Positions 34,052-42,281 of a stretch of 64,000 nucleotides of DNA are shown one piece after another. Made by a program: the position numbers and the translations under genes. The stretch's first letter is position 1; each line of letters begins with the position of its first letter. The stretch is from a virus. Below the pieces are notes generated by a model. It saw only the letters and a list, made by a program, of their open reading frames with translations, ran no database searches and was not told where the DNA came from. Location: positions 6,686 through 70,685 of the IMG/VR virus record IMGVR_UViG_3300027111_000206; one strand, given 5' to 3'.

Positions 34052-37018
34052 ATGACTTCTATTGCTGAACTCGGCATCAAGGTCGACTCGACCGATGCTG
34101 CGCAGGCGAGCTCCGACCTCGACAAGCTGACCGCGGCGGGTGGCCGCGCCGAGAAAGCTGCCGAGGGAGTTTCCCGGAGCGCTGACAAGGCTTCGGTATC
34201 GATCAAGAAGCAGAAGGACGAGCTTTCGGATCTGCTCGGCGAGATCGACCCGACCGTAAAGGCCCTGGGTCGGCTGGATGAGCTCGAAAGCAAGCTGGCA
34301 AAGCAGAAGAAGCTAGGCGCGCTGGATGCTTCGACCTTCAGCGAATACCAGGCGAAGATCGACCAGTCTCGGACGAACCTTGGCCGCTTCGATGACTCCC
34401 TGACCCGCACAGGCAACACCGCCAAGCAGACCGCTGCTGCGCTGCGTGGGGTGCCCGCGCAGTTCACTGACATCGCCGTATCGCTGCAGGGCGGCCAGAG
34501 CCCACTGACGGTTTTGCTCCAACAGGGCGGTCAGCTCAAGGATATGTTCGGCGGCATCGGACCGGCAGCAAAGGCCCTGGGCGGTTATGTGCTCGGCCTG
34601 GTCAATCCGTTCACCGTCGCGGCGGCAGCGGCAGCGGCTCTGGGGCTGGCCTATTACAAGGGCAGCCAGGAGGCGGACGAATTCAACAAGTCGCTGATCC
34701 TGACCGGCAATTACGCAGGGACAACGGCTGGCGGCCTTGCCTCTCTGGCTAAGCAAGTCAGCTCGACTGTGGGCACGACAGGCGCAGCGGCGGCGGTTCT
34801 CGCTCAACTGGCGGGCAGTGGCAACATCGCAGCCTACAGCTTCGAGGAGATCACCAAGGCCGCCCTGACCATGGAGGAGGCCACGGGCAAAGCTGTCGAG
34901 GAGACGGTTGCCCAGTTCGCCTCGATCGCCAAGGAGCCTGTGGCCGCCTCGATAAAGCTCAACGAGCAGTATCACTACCTGACGGCCTCGGTCTACGAGC
35001 AGATCGTTGCCCTGGAGAAGCAGGGTGAGCAGGCGGCCGCTGTCAGGCTGGCCACCGATGCGTTCGCTGATGCTATCCAATCGCGCGGGGATCAAATCAC
35101 CCAGCGCCTGGGACTGATCGAAGGCGCCTGGAACAAGGTCGCCAAGGCCGCCAAGTGGGCTTGGGATTCTGCCTTGGATGTTGGTCGGGAGGCTACCTAC
35201 GAGGAAAAGCTGGCCGATCTGGAGCTTCAGGCTCAGAACGCAGCGCGCCTCGGGGCCGGCCCGCGAGGTGGCGGTGGTCGCGGCGTGGCCCAGATAGAGG
35301 CTGATCGAGCCTCGCTGATGCTGGAGGAGCAAGAGCGCCGCAATCGCGCTCAGGCCAAGCAGCTCGACCAGCAGCGCCAGGAAGCGGCTGTCAGCGGCAT
35401 GCAGCTTATCGCTCGCGAGGCAGATTTAGCGCAGACCCAGGTACAAAAGCTTGAGAAAAAGCTCGCTGACCTGGACAAAGCCCGCCAGAAGAACATCGCC
35501 AACAACACGTACTCACCTGATCTACAGAAGCAGTACGAGACGGCAGTCGCAGGCGTCAACAAGCAGATTGCGGATGCCCAGAAGAAAGCTGCTGGCCCGG
35601 CTGGCGCGCTGAATCTGACCGAGTTCAACGACTCGAAGAACCAGCTCTCGGCGATCCTCGGCGAGTACAAAAACGCCCAGAAGGAGCTGGAGGCAGCGCA
35701 GAAGGCCGGCCTGGTCACCCAGGAAGATTACCTGCTCAAACGACAGGCACTGATCGGCAACGAGCGCGACGAGGTCACGGCTGCCTATGAGGCCGAGATC
35801 GCAGCGCTTGAAGCATCCAAGGGCAAGGCCAGCACATCGGCGGCCCAGCGGATCCAGCTGGACCAGAAGATCGCCGACGCCCGGGCCAACATGGTCAAGG
35901 CGCAGAAGGAGGCCGACAGCGAACTCGAAGTAATCGCCACCAACGAGCAGGGACGGCTCGCCAAGCAGGCTCAGGCCATCAAGTCCTACACCGATGCCCT
36001 GGACCAGCAGAACGTCGTGCTGCGGCGTGCTGGGAGTCGTGCAGCTGATGGCGTCGGCAGGGGCGACCGCGAAAACGCAATCAACGGCGAACTGAACGGT
36101 ATTGCCGACCGGGCCAACCAGCAACGTCTGGATTTGGCCCGGGACAAGGCCGACGCCTCGCGCAACATGAGCGCCGAGGAATACCAGGCCAAGCTGGCCG
36201 CCATCAACAGAAGCGAGAAGGACCTGAGCGCGACAGTGCTCAGCAACTACGAGCAGATGTCTGAGGCGCAAAGCGACTGGCGCAAGGGTGCCACCTCGGC
36301 CTTCAGCAACTACCTGGAAAGCGCGCGCAACATCGCCGGTCAGACGCGAGACCTGTTTTCCAACGCGTTCAGCTCCATGGAGGACTCGGTCGTTAACTTC
36401 GCCATCACTGGGAAGGGTTCGTTCGGGGATTTCACGAAATCCGTGCTGGCCGATATGGCGCGAATCGCGACAAGGACTGCGGCGTCCGAAGGGCTCAGTG
36501 CTTTGTTCGGCCTGGCAGCATCCGCTGCTGGTTCGTACTTTGGTGGTGCGTCATCCGCCGGCTCAACCCAGGCAGGGTACTCCGGCGACCTATCGGGCTT
36601 CACCCCGGGCAGCATTCAGGCCAAAGGCGGCGCTTGGTCGGGTGGTGTGCAGATGTTCGCCAACGGCGCCGCCTTTGCCAACTCCATCGTCAGCAAGCCG
36701 ACAGCGTTCGGCATGGCCGGCGGCGGGATTGGGGTAATGGGCGAGGCAGGGGAGGAGGCGATTATGCCGCTGACCCGCACGGCCGGCGGCCAATTGGGCG
36801 TGAGGGCAATCACTGGAGGTGGCTCTGGCACCGCGATCAGCATCAACGCGCCTGTGACCGTTGTCACCCAAGATCGGAGCTCAGAAGGGATGCAGATCGA
36901 CCAGCAGGCCTTGTCGAAGAGCCTTCAGTCGCAAATGCAGGTTGTGGCGGAAAAAGCAGTCGCTGATTCCTGGCGCGCTGGCGGTACCAGCTTCCGCAAC
37001 GTTAATGGGAGGGCCTGA
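34052..37018 (+). CDS. Tape measure protein
   Basis: 988 aa, Ala-rich; LLQQGGQLKDMFGG lambda-H-like segment. Confidence 0.93.
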   Translation: MTSIAELGIKVDSTDAAQASSDLDKLTAAGGRAEKAAEGVSRSADKASVSIKKQKDELSDLLGEIDPTVKALGRLDELESKLAKQKKLGALDASTFSEYQAKIDQSRTNLGRFDDSLTRTGNTAKQTAAALRGVPAQFTDIAVSLQGGQSPLTVLLQQGGQLKDMFGGIGPAAKALGGYVLGLVNPFTVAAAAAAALGLAYYKGSQEADEFNKSLILTGNYAGTTAGGLASLAKQVSSTVGTTGAAAAVLAQLAGSGNIAAYSFEEITKAALTMEEATGKAVEETVAQFASIAKEPVAASIKLNEQYHYLTASVYEQIVALEKQGEQAAAVRLATDAFADAIQSRGDQITQRLGLIEGAWNKVAKAAKWAWDSALDVGREATYEEKLADLELQAQNAARLGAGPRGGGGRGVAQIEADRASLMLEEQERRNRAQAKQLDQQRQEAAVSGMQLIAREADLAQTQVQKLEKKLADLDKARQKNIANNTYSPDLQKQYETAVAGVNKQIADAQKKAAGPAGALNLTEFNDSKNQLSAILGEYKNAQKELEAAQKAGLVTQEDYLLKRQALIGNERDEVTAAYEAEIAALEASKGKASTSAAQRIQLDQKIADARANMVKAQKEADSELEVIATNEQGRLAKQAQAIKSYTDALDQQNVVLRRAGSRAADGVGRGDRENAINGELNGIADRANQQRLDLARDKADASRNMSAEEYQAKLAAINRSEKDLSATVLSNYEQMSEAQSDWRKGATSAFSNYLESARNIAGQTRDLFSNAFSSMEDSVVNFAITGKGSFGDFTKSVLADMARIATRTAASEGLSALFGLAASAAGSYFGGASSAGSTQAGYSGDLSGFTPGSIQAKGGAWSGGVQMFANGAAFANSIVSKPTAFGMAGGGIGVMGEAGEEAIMPLTRTAGGQLGVRAITGGGSGTAISINAPVTVVTQDRSSEGMQIDQQALSKSLQSQMQVVAEKAVADSWRAGGTSFRNVNGRA

Positions 37019-37356
37019 TGGCTATCGAGACATTTACCTGGCCCACCCAGCATGGCGACTCGCCGGAGATCACCTACAGGGTAAGGACGGCGCAGTTCGG
37101 CGACGGTTACAAGCAAATCGCCGCCGACGGCCCCAACAACAAGGAAGATTCCTACCCGATAACCTTCAGCGGTTCGAAGGCTCGGGTTCTGGAGATCATG
37201 GCATTTATCGACCGTCATGCCGGCGCGAAAGCCTTCCTCTGGACAACCCCGCTCGGCGAGCTGGGCCTATTCACCTGCGTCGATCCCGTCCCAACCCCAG
37301 TGGGGGGCGGAGTGTTCAAGATCACGGCCACCTTCGAACGGGCCTTCCAACCATAA
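37018..37356 (+). CDS. Minor tail protein M-like (distal tail)
   Basis: FTWP, AQFGDGYKQ, FLWTTP. Confidence 0.85.
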   Translation: MAIETFTWPTQHGDSPEITYRVRTAQFGDGYKQIAADGPNNKEDSYPITFSGSKARVLEIMAFIDRHAGAKAFLWTTPLGELGLFTCVDPVPTPVGGGVFKITATFERAFQP

Positions 37357-37365
37357 GGGGCAATC

Positions 37366-38115
37366 ATGCCGCTGATCAGTGACATCCAGGCCCTCGAGCC
37401 TGGCAGCGAAGTGCTGCTCTTCGAATTGGACGGTTCGGACTATGGCGCGGACGTGCTGCGCTTCCACGGGCACGCGATTCCGCACACAGCGGCCGAGCTG
37501 ATCGCCGCCGGCACCGCGGCCGATGAGCTGCCGGCCAAGCCGATTTACTGGCAAGGCAACGAGTACAGCGCCTGGCCGATGCAGATCGACGGCATCGAGT
37601 CCAACGGCGATGGCACGGCGGTCCGCCCGACGCTCTCGGTGGGCAACGTCAACGGGCGGATAACGGCGCTGTGCCTGGCCTTCGACGACCTGCTGGAATT
37701 CAAGTTGACCATGCGGCACACGCTGGGCACGTACCTGGACGCCGAGAACTTCCCCGGCGGCAACCCGCAGGCAGACCCAACCCAGGAGGCGATCGAGGTC
37801 TGGTACATCGACCAGAAGACGAACGAAGACGGGGAGACGGTTACCTGGGAGCTTGCCAGCCCGGGCGACGTGGGCGGCGAGTCCATCGGCCGCCAGGCTA
37901 CGACGCTTTGTCACTGGTGCCTCACCGGCGGTTACCGCGGGCCCAACTGCGGCTACACCGGGCCCTATGTGACCAAGGACGGCGTCATCACCGACAACCC
38001 AGAACTGGACGAATGTGATGCCACCCTGGGCCGTGGCTGCATCCCACGCTTCGGTGAGGGAAACCCGCTGCCTTTCGGCGGATTCCCCGCAGTGAGTCTC
38101 GTGGCAAGATCGTAG
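37366..38115 (+). CDS. Minor tail protein L
   Basis: WQGNEYSAWP; Cys cluster (CHWC..YRGPNCGY, C..C..RFG..LPFGGFP). Confidence 0.9.
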   Translation: MPLISDIQALEPGSEVLLFELDGSDYGADVLRFHGHAIPHTAAELIAAGTAADELPAKPIYWQGNEYSAWPMQIDGIESNGDGTAVRPTLSVGNVNGRITALCLAFDDLLEFKLTMRHTLGTYLDAENFPGGNPQADPTQEAIEVWYIDQKTNEDGETVTWELASPGDVGGESIGRQATTLCHWCLTGGYRGPNCGYTGPYVTKDGVITDNPELDECDATLGRGCIPRFGEGNPLPFGGFPAVSLVARS

Positions 38116-38210
38116 TAGAATGATCAAGTGGCTAGGGTAGCTCCCGAAAAGCCGGCCCCTAACCGGTCTGCCACTCCCAGCTGTTAGGGTTCATGCTGTA
38201 GGGGTGTGAA

Positions 38211-38993
38211 GTGAAAGCAAAATATCCGTCAGATTTGGTTGGCGTGCGATTCGGTAATCTCGTCGTTAAAAGCAAGCAACCAAACGATAGGCCATACAAA
38301 ACAAGTCTGTGGTACTGCGAGTGCGATTGCGGAAACTCTAGAGTCGTTCAGAGAAGCGCCCTTGTTTGCGGCATTCAGGTTTCGTGCGGATGTTTCAACA
38401 AGAAGCGCGTCATAGAGACCCACACGACCCACGGCCTACACAAGCATTCCGCATATGGGACGTGGAAGACGATGATTGATCGTTGCTACAACCCTGATTC
38501 CAAAGACTTCAAGGATTACGGCGGCAGAGGCATTCAGGTTTGTGACGAATGGCGTGACGTCGCTGGTTTTGTGGCAGCCATGGGACCGAAGCGGAAAGGC
38601 CAGAGTATCGACCGGCTTGACGAGAACGGCCATTACGAACCTGGAAACTGCCGACGGACTGATGCGCTAGGTCAGGGCGAGCATAAACGGAACAATGCCA
38701 TTGTCACTCGATCTGGCGCACAGAGACATATCGCCAGTGTTTGGCGTGAGGCAGGGATCAAGGAATCAACATTCTACAACCGTCTCAATGCAGGAATGAC
38801 TCCTGACCAAGCCGCCTCCCTGCCGGTCCGCAAGCGCAACGCAACAGTGGTGATCGATGGAGAGGAGAAGACCATTGTCGAATGGGCAAAAATTGCCGGA
38901 GTTGATTCCGCCACCATACGCAATAGAGTGAAATCGGGCATCGTCGGCAAAGCGCTGCTTGCTCCGCCTCGAACCAAGAAAATTACAGCTTAA
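38211..38993 (+). CDS. Free-standing HNH-like (homing) endonuclease
   Basis: WYCECDCG..SCGC, YGGRGIQVCDEW, SIDRLDENGHYEPGNC; inserted between L and K; different codon usage. Confidence 0.8.
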   Translation: MKAKYPSDLVGVRFGNLVVKSKQPNDRPYKTSLWYCECDCGNSRVVQRSALVCGIQVSCGCFNKKRVIETHTTHGLHKHSAYGTWKTMIDRCYNPDSKDFKDYGGRGIQVCDEWRDVAGFVAAMGPKRKGQSIDRLDENGHYEPGNCRRTDALGQGEHKRNNAIVTRSGAQRHIASVWREAGIKESTFYNRLNAGMTPDQAASLPVRKRNATVVIDGEEKTIVEWAKIAGVDSATIRNRVKSGIVGKALLAPPRTKKITA

Positions 38994-39033
38994 TCAAGGG
39001 CGCTTCGGCGCCCTTTTTAGTGGGCGACAATAA

Positions 39034-39795
39034 ATGCGCAAACACATCTTGAGCGCGATCCAGGCGCACGCGGCGACCGAGTATCCGAAGGAGTGCTGCG
39101 GGCTTCTGCTGGCCGTTGGACGAAAGCAGCAGTACTTCCCGTGCAAGAACACCGCGACCGAGCCGAACGAGGAGTTCCGCATCGATCCGGAGGAATACGC
39201 TGCGGCGGAGGACCTGGGCGAGGTGATTGGCATCGTTCACTCCCACCCGGACGCCACCAGCCGGCCGTCACCGCGGGACCTGGCAATGTGCGAAGCAACC
39301 GAACTACCCTGGCACATCCTGAGCTGGCCGGAGGGGGACCTCAGAACCGTGGTGCCCACGGGCGAGACGCCGTTGCTCAAGCGGCCCTTCGTCCACGGCG
39401 CCTGGGACTGCTGGCAGGTCTGCGCGGATTGGTACAAGCGCGAGTGGGGGCTCGAGTTCGAGGCCTTCAAGCGCGCCGACGGCTGGTGGGAGAGCAAGGA
39501 CAACACCAGCCTGTACGAGGCGAACTATGAGGCGGCGGGCTTCTACCGGGTCGACCAGCCACGGCGCGGCGACATGGTCGTCATGGAGGTTGGCCGGACG
39601 GCTCACCCGAATCACGCCGGGATTTTCCTCGGGAGCGATCCCGGGCTGCCCGGCGAGGATGCTGCGACGTTCGGCCCCGGGCCATTCCTACTGCACCACC
39701 TGTACGGCAGGCCGTCGGAAGTTATCGTTTTCGGCGGGCCGTGGCTCGACCGCACGCGCCTGATACTCAGGCACAAAGATGCGCAACCAACATGA
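39034..39795 (+). CDS. Tail tip protein K (JAB/MPN + NlpC/P60)
   Basis: ECCG, VHSHPD..PS..D; DCW..C; HAGI; LHH. Confidence 0.92.
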   Translation: MRKHILSAIQAHAATEYPKECCGLLLAVGRKQQYFPCKNTATEPNEEFRIDPEEYAAAEDLGEVIGIVHSHPDATSRPSPRDLAMCEATELPWHILSWPEGDLRTVVPTGETPLLKRPFVHGAWDCWQVCADWYKREWGLEFEAFKRADGWWESKDNTSLYEANYEAAGFYRVDQPRRGDMVVMEVGRTAHPNHAGIFLGSDPGLPGEDAATFGPGPFLLHHLYGRPSEVIVFGGPWLDRTRLILRHKDAQPT

Positions 39796-39819
39796 AGCGG
39801 CATGGCCGCAGGAGTAGAT

Positions 39820-40002
39820 ATGAGTCATGAAATTTTGATTGATGGAGCCGAGAAGGCTCTAATCGGCGACTTTATCGAAAGCCAAGCTAAAGACTCCCAA
39901 GGAAATCCTGCCTGGCTCATCACCAAGAATGGAGCCGTCGTCCTCTCGGACCAATTTATTCAGGACGGCTCAATCCAAATGCTGAAGGTTACTGCCCCTT
40001 AG
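39820..40002 (+). CDS. 60-aa moron protein carrying a gpJ-like motif
   Basis: GGAG RBS; FIQDGSIQMLKV matches gpJ FIQDGSITMLKI. Confidence 0.6.
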   Translation: MSHEILIDGAEKALIGDFIESQAKDSQGNPAWLITKNGAVVLSDQFIQDGSIQMLKVTAP

Positions 40003-40240
40003 GCACTGGGACATCCAGCGAGTAAGTGGCGGGTAAATCTTGGCCGGGGAACACCTTTCTGTAAATTTGGTGCACAAACTCATCGCCCGCGCCGTTTTCC
40101 CGTGAAGCCAGAACAGCAGCTCCAAGATACCTCTTGGCCTCCTCGGGGTTGGCAATGGCTGCAAGTCTGGCCAATGCCAACAAAGTGTTGTTGATTTGAT
40201 TGATTGCCGCAGACGGGTCGATAACTTTTTCTTCGCTCAC
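39989..40240 (-). CDS. Hypothetical moron protein (MSEEKVIDPS...)
   Basis: GGAGG RBS then GTG. Confidence 0.6.
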   Translation of the reverse strand: MSEEKVIDPSAAINQINNTLLALARLAAIANPEEAKRYLGAAVLASRENGAGDEFVHQIYRKVFPGQDLPATYSLDVPVPKGQ

Positions 40241-40320
40241 ATTGACCTCCAGGTCATAAAAGCGCCGATATTGGCGCAATCCCAGTCCTTGGGCTTGCAG
40301 GCAAAGGACTGGGTCCTCGA

Positions 40321-40578
40321 TTACTTCGTCTTGGTCCGAGCGACAAGCTTCCATGCCACGCCCGCGGGCGCATTGTGCTGGTGGCTATTCTGTGGAGGGA
40401 ATTTGTCGCCTTTATTCGACGTGATTTCATCGCCGCATCCAGTGCAGCGATAGATGCCGGAGAGCGGAACCTCTGCGCCGATTTTATGTGTGGTGCCCCA
40501 AGGGTCTCCGCCTAACACGCTTGGTTTCGGCGTTTCTTCTTGAAAATATTGCGACGTCTCTTTTGTGAAATACGGCAT
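40321..40578 (-). CDS. Zn-ribbon moron protein (YjzC/'protein L'-like)
   Basis: GAEVPLSGIYRCTGCGDEITSNKGDKFPPQNSHQH. Confidence 0.72.
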   Translation of the reverse strand: MPYFTKETSQYFQEETPKPSVLGGDPWGTTHKIGAEVPLSGIYRCTGCGDEITSNKGDKFPPQNSHQHNAPAGVAWKLVARTKTK

Positions 40579-40715
40579 GGTCGGTTCACCGCTGTAAGGG
40601 GAGGCACAACGCTACTACGATGGGATCCAATCCAGTTACTGGGCTTTCGTCCATGCTGGATGCCCAGACAGCTTGTGGGGTGATATCTTGGGCCATCTTC
40701 CACAGGAGTGACCCC

Positions 40716-41138
40716 ATGAGATTGTTCGTAGGCGCGGTAGCTGTTGCTTTGCTGGCAGGGTGTGCGACTTCCCCAACCCCTTCGGGTCAGGCGGTGCAGG
40801 CCCCAGCTAGCCAAATTTCTGCTTATCAGTCCAAGCCGGCGGGTGCCTATGGGACCCTTCAGGTGATCCGAGACTCAGGTCACACCGGAAGCCTGTGCTC
40901 AATGGCGATTTTCATCAATGGCAAGCAGGCGGCGAAGCTGGACCCAGGGCAGAAGGCGTCCTTCTACTTGCCGCCGGACTCAGTCTCCGTGGGAGCGGCG
41001 TATACCGGTTCTGGTATTTGCTCCATGGGTGCTGATCGAGTCGAGCGAGAAGCGATCGTGAAGGATGGTTCGATCAAAAAATACCGAGTCTTTACTGGTG
41101 GTGACGGGCAGATCGATATATTGCCCACCACTCTTTGA
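40716..41138 (+). CDS. Lipoprotein moron
   Basis: Lipobox LLAGC; AGGAG RBS. Confidence 0.8.
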   Translation: MRLFVGAVAVALLAGCATSPTPSGQAVQAPASQISAYQSKPAGAYGTLQVIRDSGHTGSLCSMAIFINGKQAAKLDPGQKASFYLPPDSVSVGAAYTGSGICSMGADRVEREAIVKDGSIKKYRVFTGGDGQIDILPTTL

Positions 41139-41180
41139 AACTGCCGCCTCCGGGCGGCTTTTTATTGCCTGGAGAATGGC

Positions 41181-41789
41181 ATGTGCTCAGCTGTCACCTA
41201 TACCCCAACAACCAAAATCATGTTGTCTGGATCCCTGGCGAAAAAGTTCTTCCGGAGCAAGCCATACCTGCTTGACGGTGGGTCGACGGTTGAGGTTTTT
41301 CGTGCGCTGAATGCAACTGTCGAAGGTTTCGCGGAAGAAATCAAAAGGCTCGAACGACTCGGCTTGAAATTCGCAATCTTCCGTAACCGCCGAAACATCG
41401 GAGTCGATAGGTTCGATCTCGGCGGGACAAAGGAGATCCGCATCGTGCCAGTGGTCGGCGGTAGCAAGCGTGCGGGAGGCCTACAAACTATCGTGGGTGC
41501 AGTCATGATTGCGGCCGCATACGTCCTCTCTTTCACCCCTTTTGCTGCGGCATCCCCGTTCCTTTATACAGCGGGCATTGGCCTGGTCGCCGGCGGCGTC
41601 ATCCAAATGCTCAGCCCCCAGGCGTCAGGCCTCAAGCAGAGCGCAGGCCCTGAGAACGCTCCGTCCTACGCCTTCGGCAGCGCCAAGAACACCACGGCCA
41701 GCGGTAACCCCGTGCCGATCTGCATCGGTGAGCGACGGTGGGGAGGGATGATCATTTCCGCATCGATCTACGCGGAGGACAAGGCATGA
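41181..41789 (+). CDS. Tail assembly protein I
   Basis: IRIVPVVGGSK..G..Q.IVG; PSYAFGS..NT...GNPVP..IG. Confidence 0.9.
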   Translation: MCSAVTYTPTTKIMLSGSLAKKFFRSKPYLLDGGSTVEVFRALNATVEGFAEEIKRLERLGLKFAIFRNRRNIGVDRFDLGGTKEIRIVPVVGGSKRAGGLQTIVGAVMIAAAYVLSFTPFAAASPFLYTAGIGLVAGGVIQMLSPQASGLKQSAGPENAPSYAFGSAKNTTASGNPVPICIGERRWGGMIISASIYAEDKA

Positions 41790-41852
41790 CCAAAGAGCAG
41801 ATGCTGATCAGAGAGTATCGGCCCTGTAGGACCGAATACTCCCCTGGCGAAA

Positions 41853-42134
41853 TCAGTTCGTTAATGGCGGAAGTGAGCGGATCATCTTGCGGATCTGCGC
41901 AAAGTTGCGCTCCAGCTCAGCAATTGCCAGCGGCTGTATCCGCAAAATCGCGTCGGCGTCGCGCTCGCTAGATCCGGCTGGCATCTCCCATTTGTACTTG
42001 AGCATATTGGTTAAGTGCTCCTGGCATTTGGATAGCTCCCCAGGCTGCCTGGAGTAAATCTGCGTGTACAGGTCTTGGAGCATTATTGACTGGGCATGGA
42101 TAAGCCCCTCGATTCGATCCGTTGCATCGCTCAC
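41853..42134 (-). CDS. Hypothetical moron protein
   Basis: GGAG RBS; antisense, between I and J. Confidence 0.6.
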   Translation of the reverse strand: MSDATDRIEGLIHAQSIMLQDLYTQIYSRQPGELSKCQEHLTNMLKYKWEMPAGSSERDADAILRIQPLAIAELERNFAQIRKMIRSLPPLTN

Positions 42135-42281
42135 GGCGATCTCCTTTCGCTTGGTTTAAAGCCCGAACCTAACCTGAGCCTTGGCCTTGTGCCACTGGCA
42201 TTTAATCCATGCTGGACATCAATACAGCCAAAAGAATCATCGGCCGCCCATGAGGCGTTTTTTTTTCGCCTGGAGGAAAGC

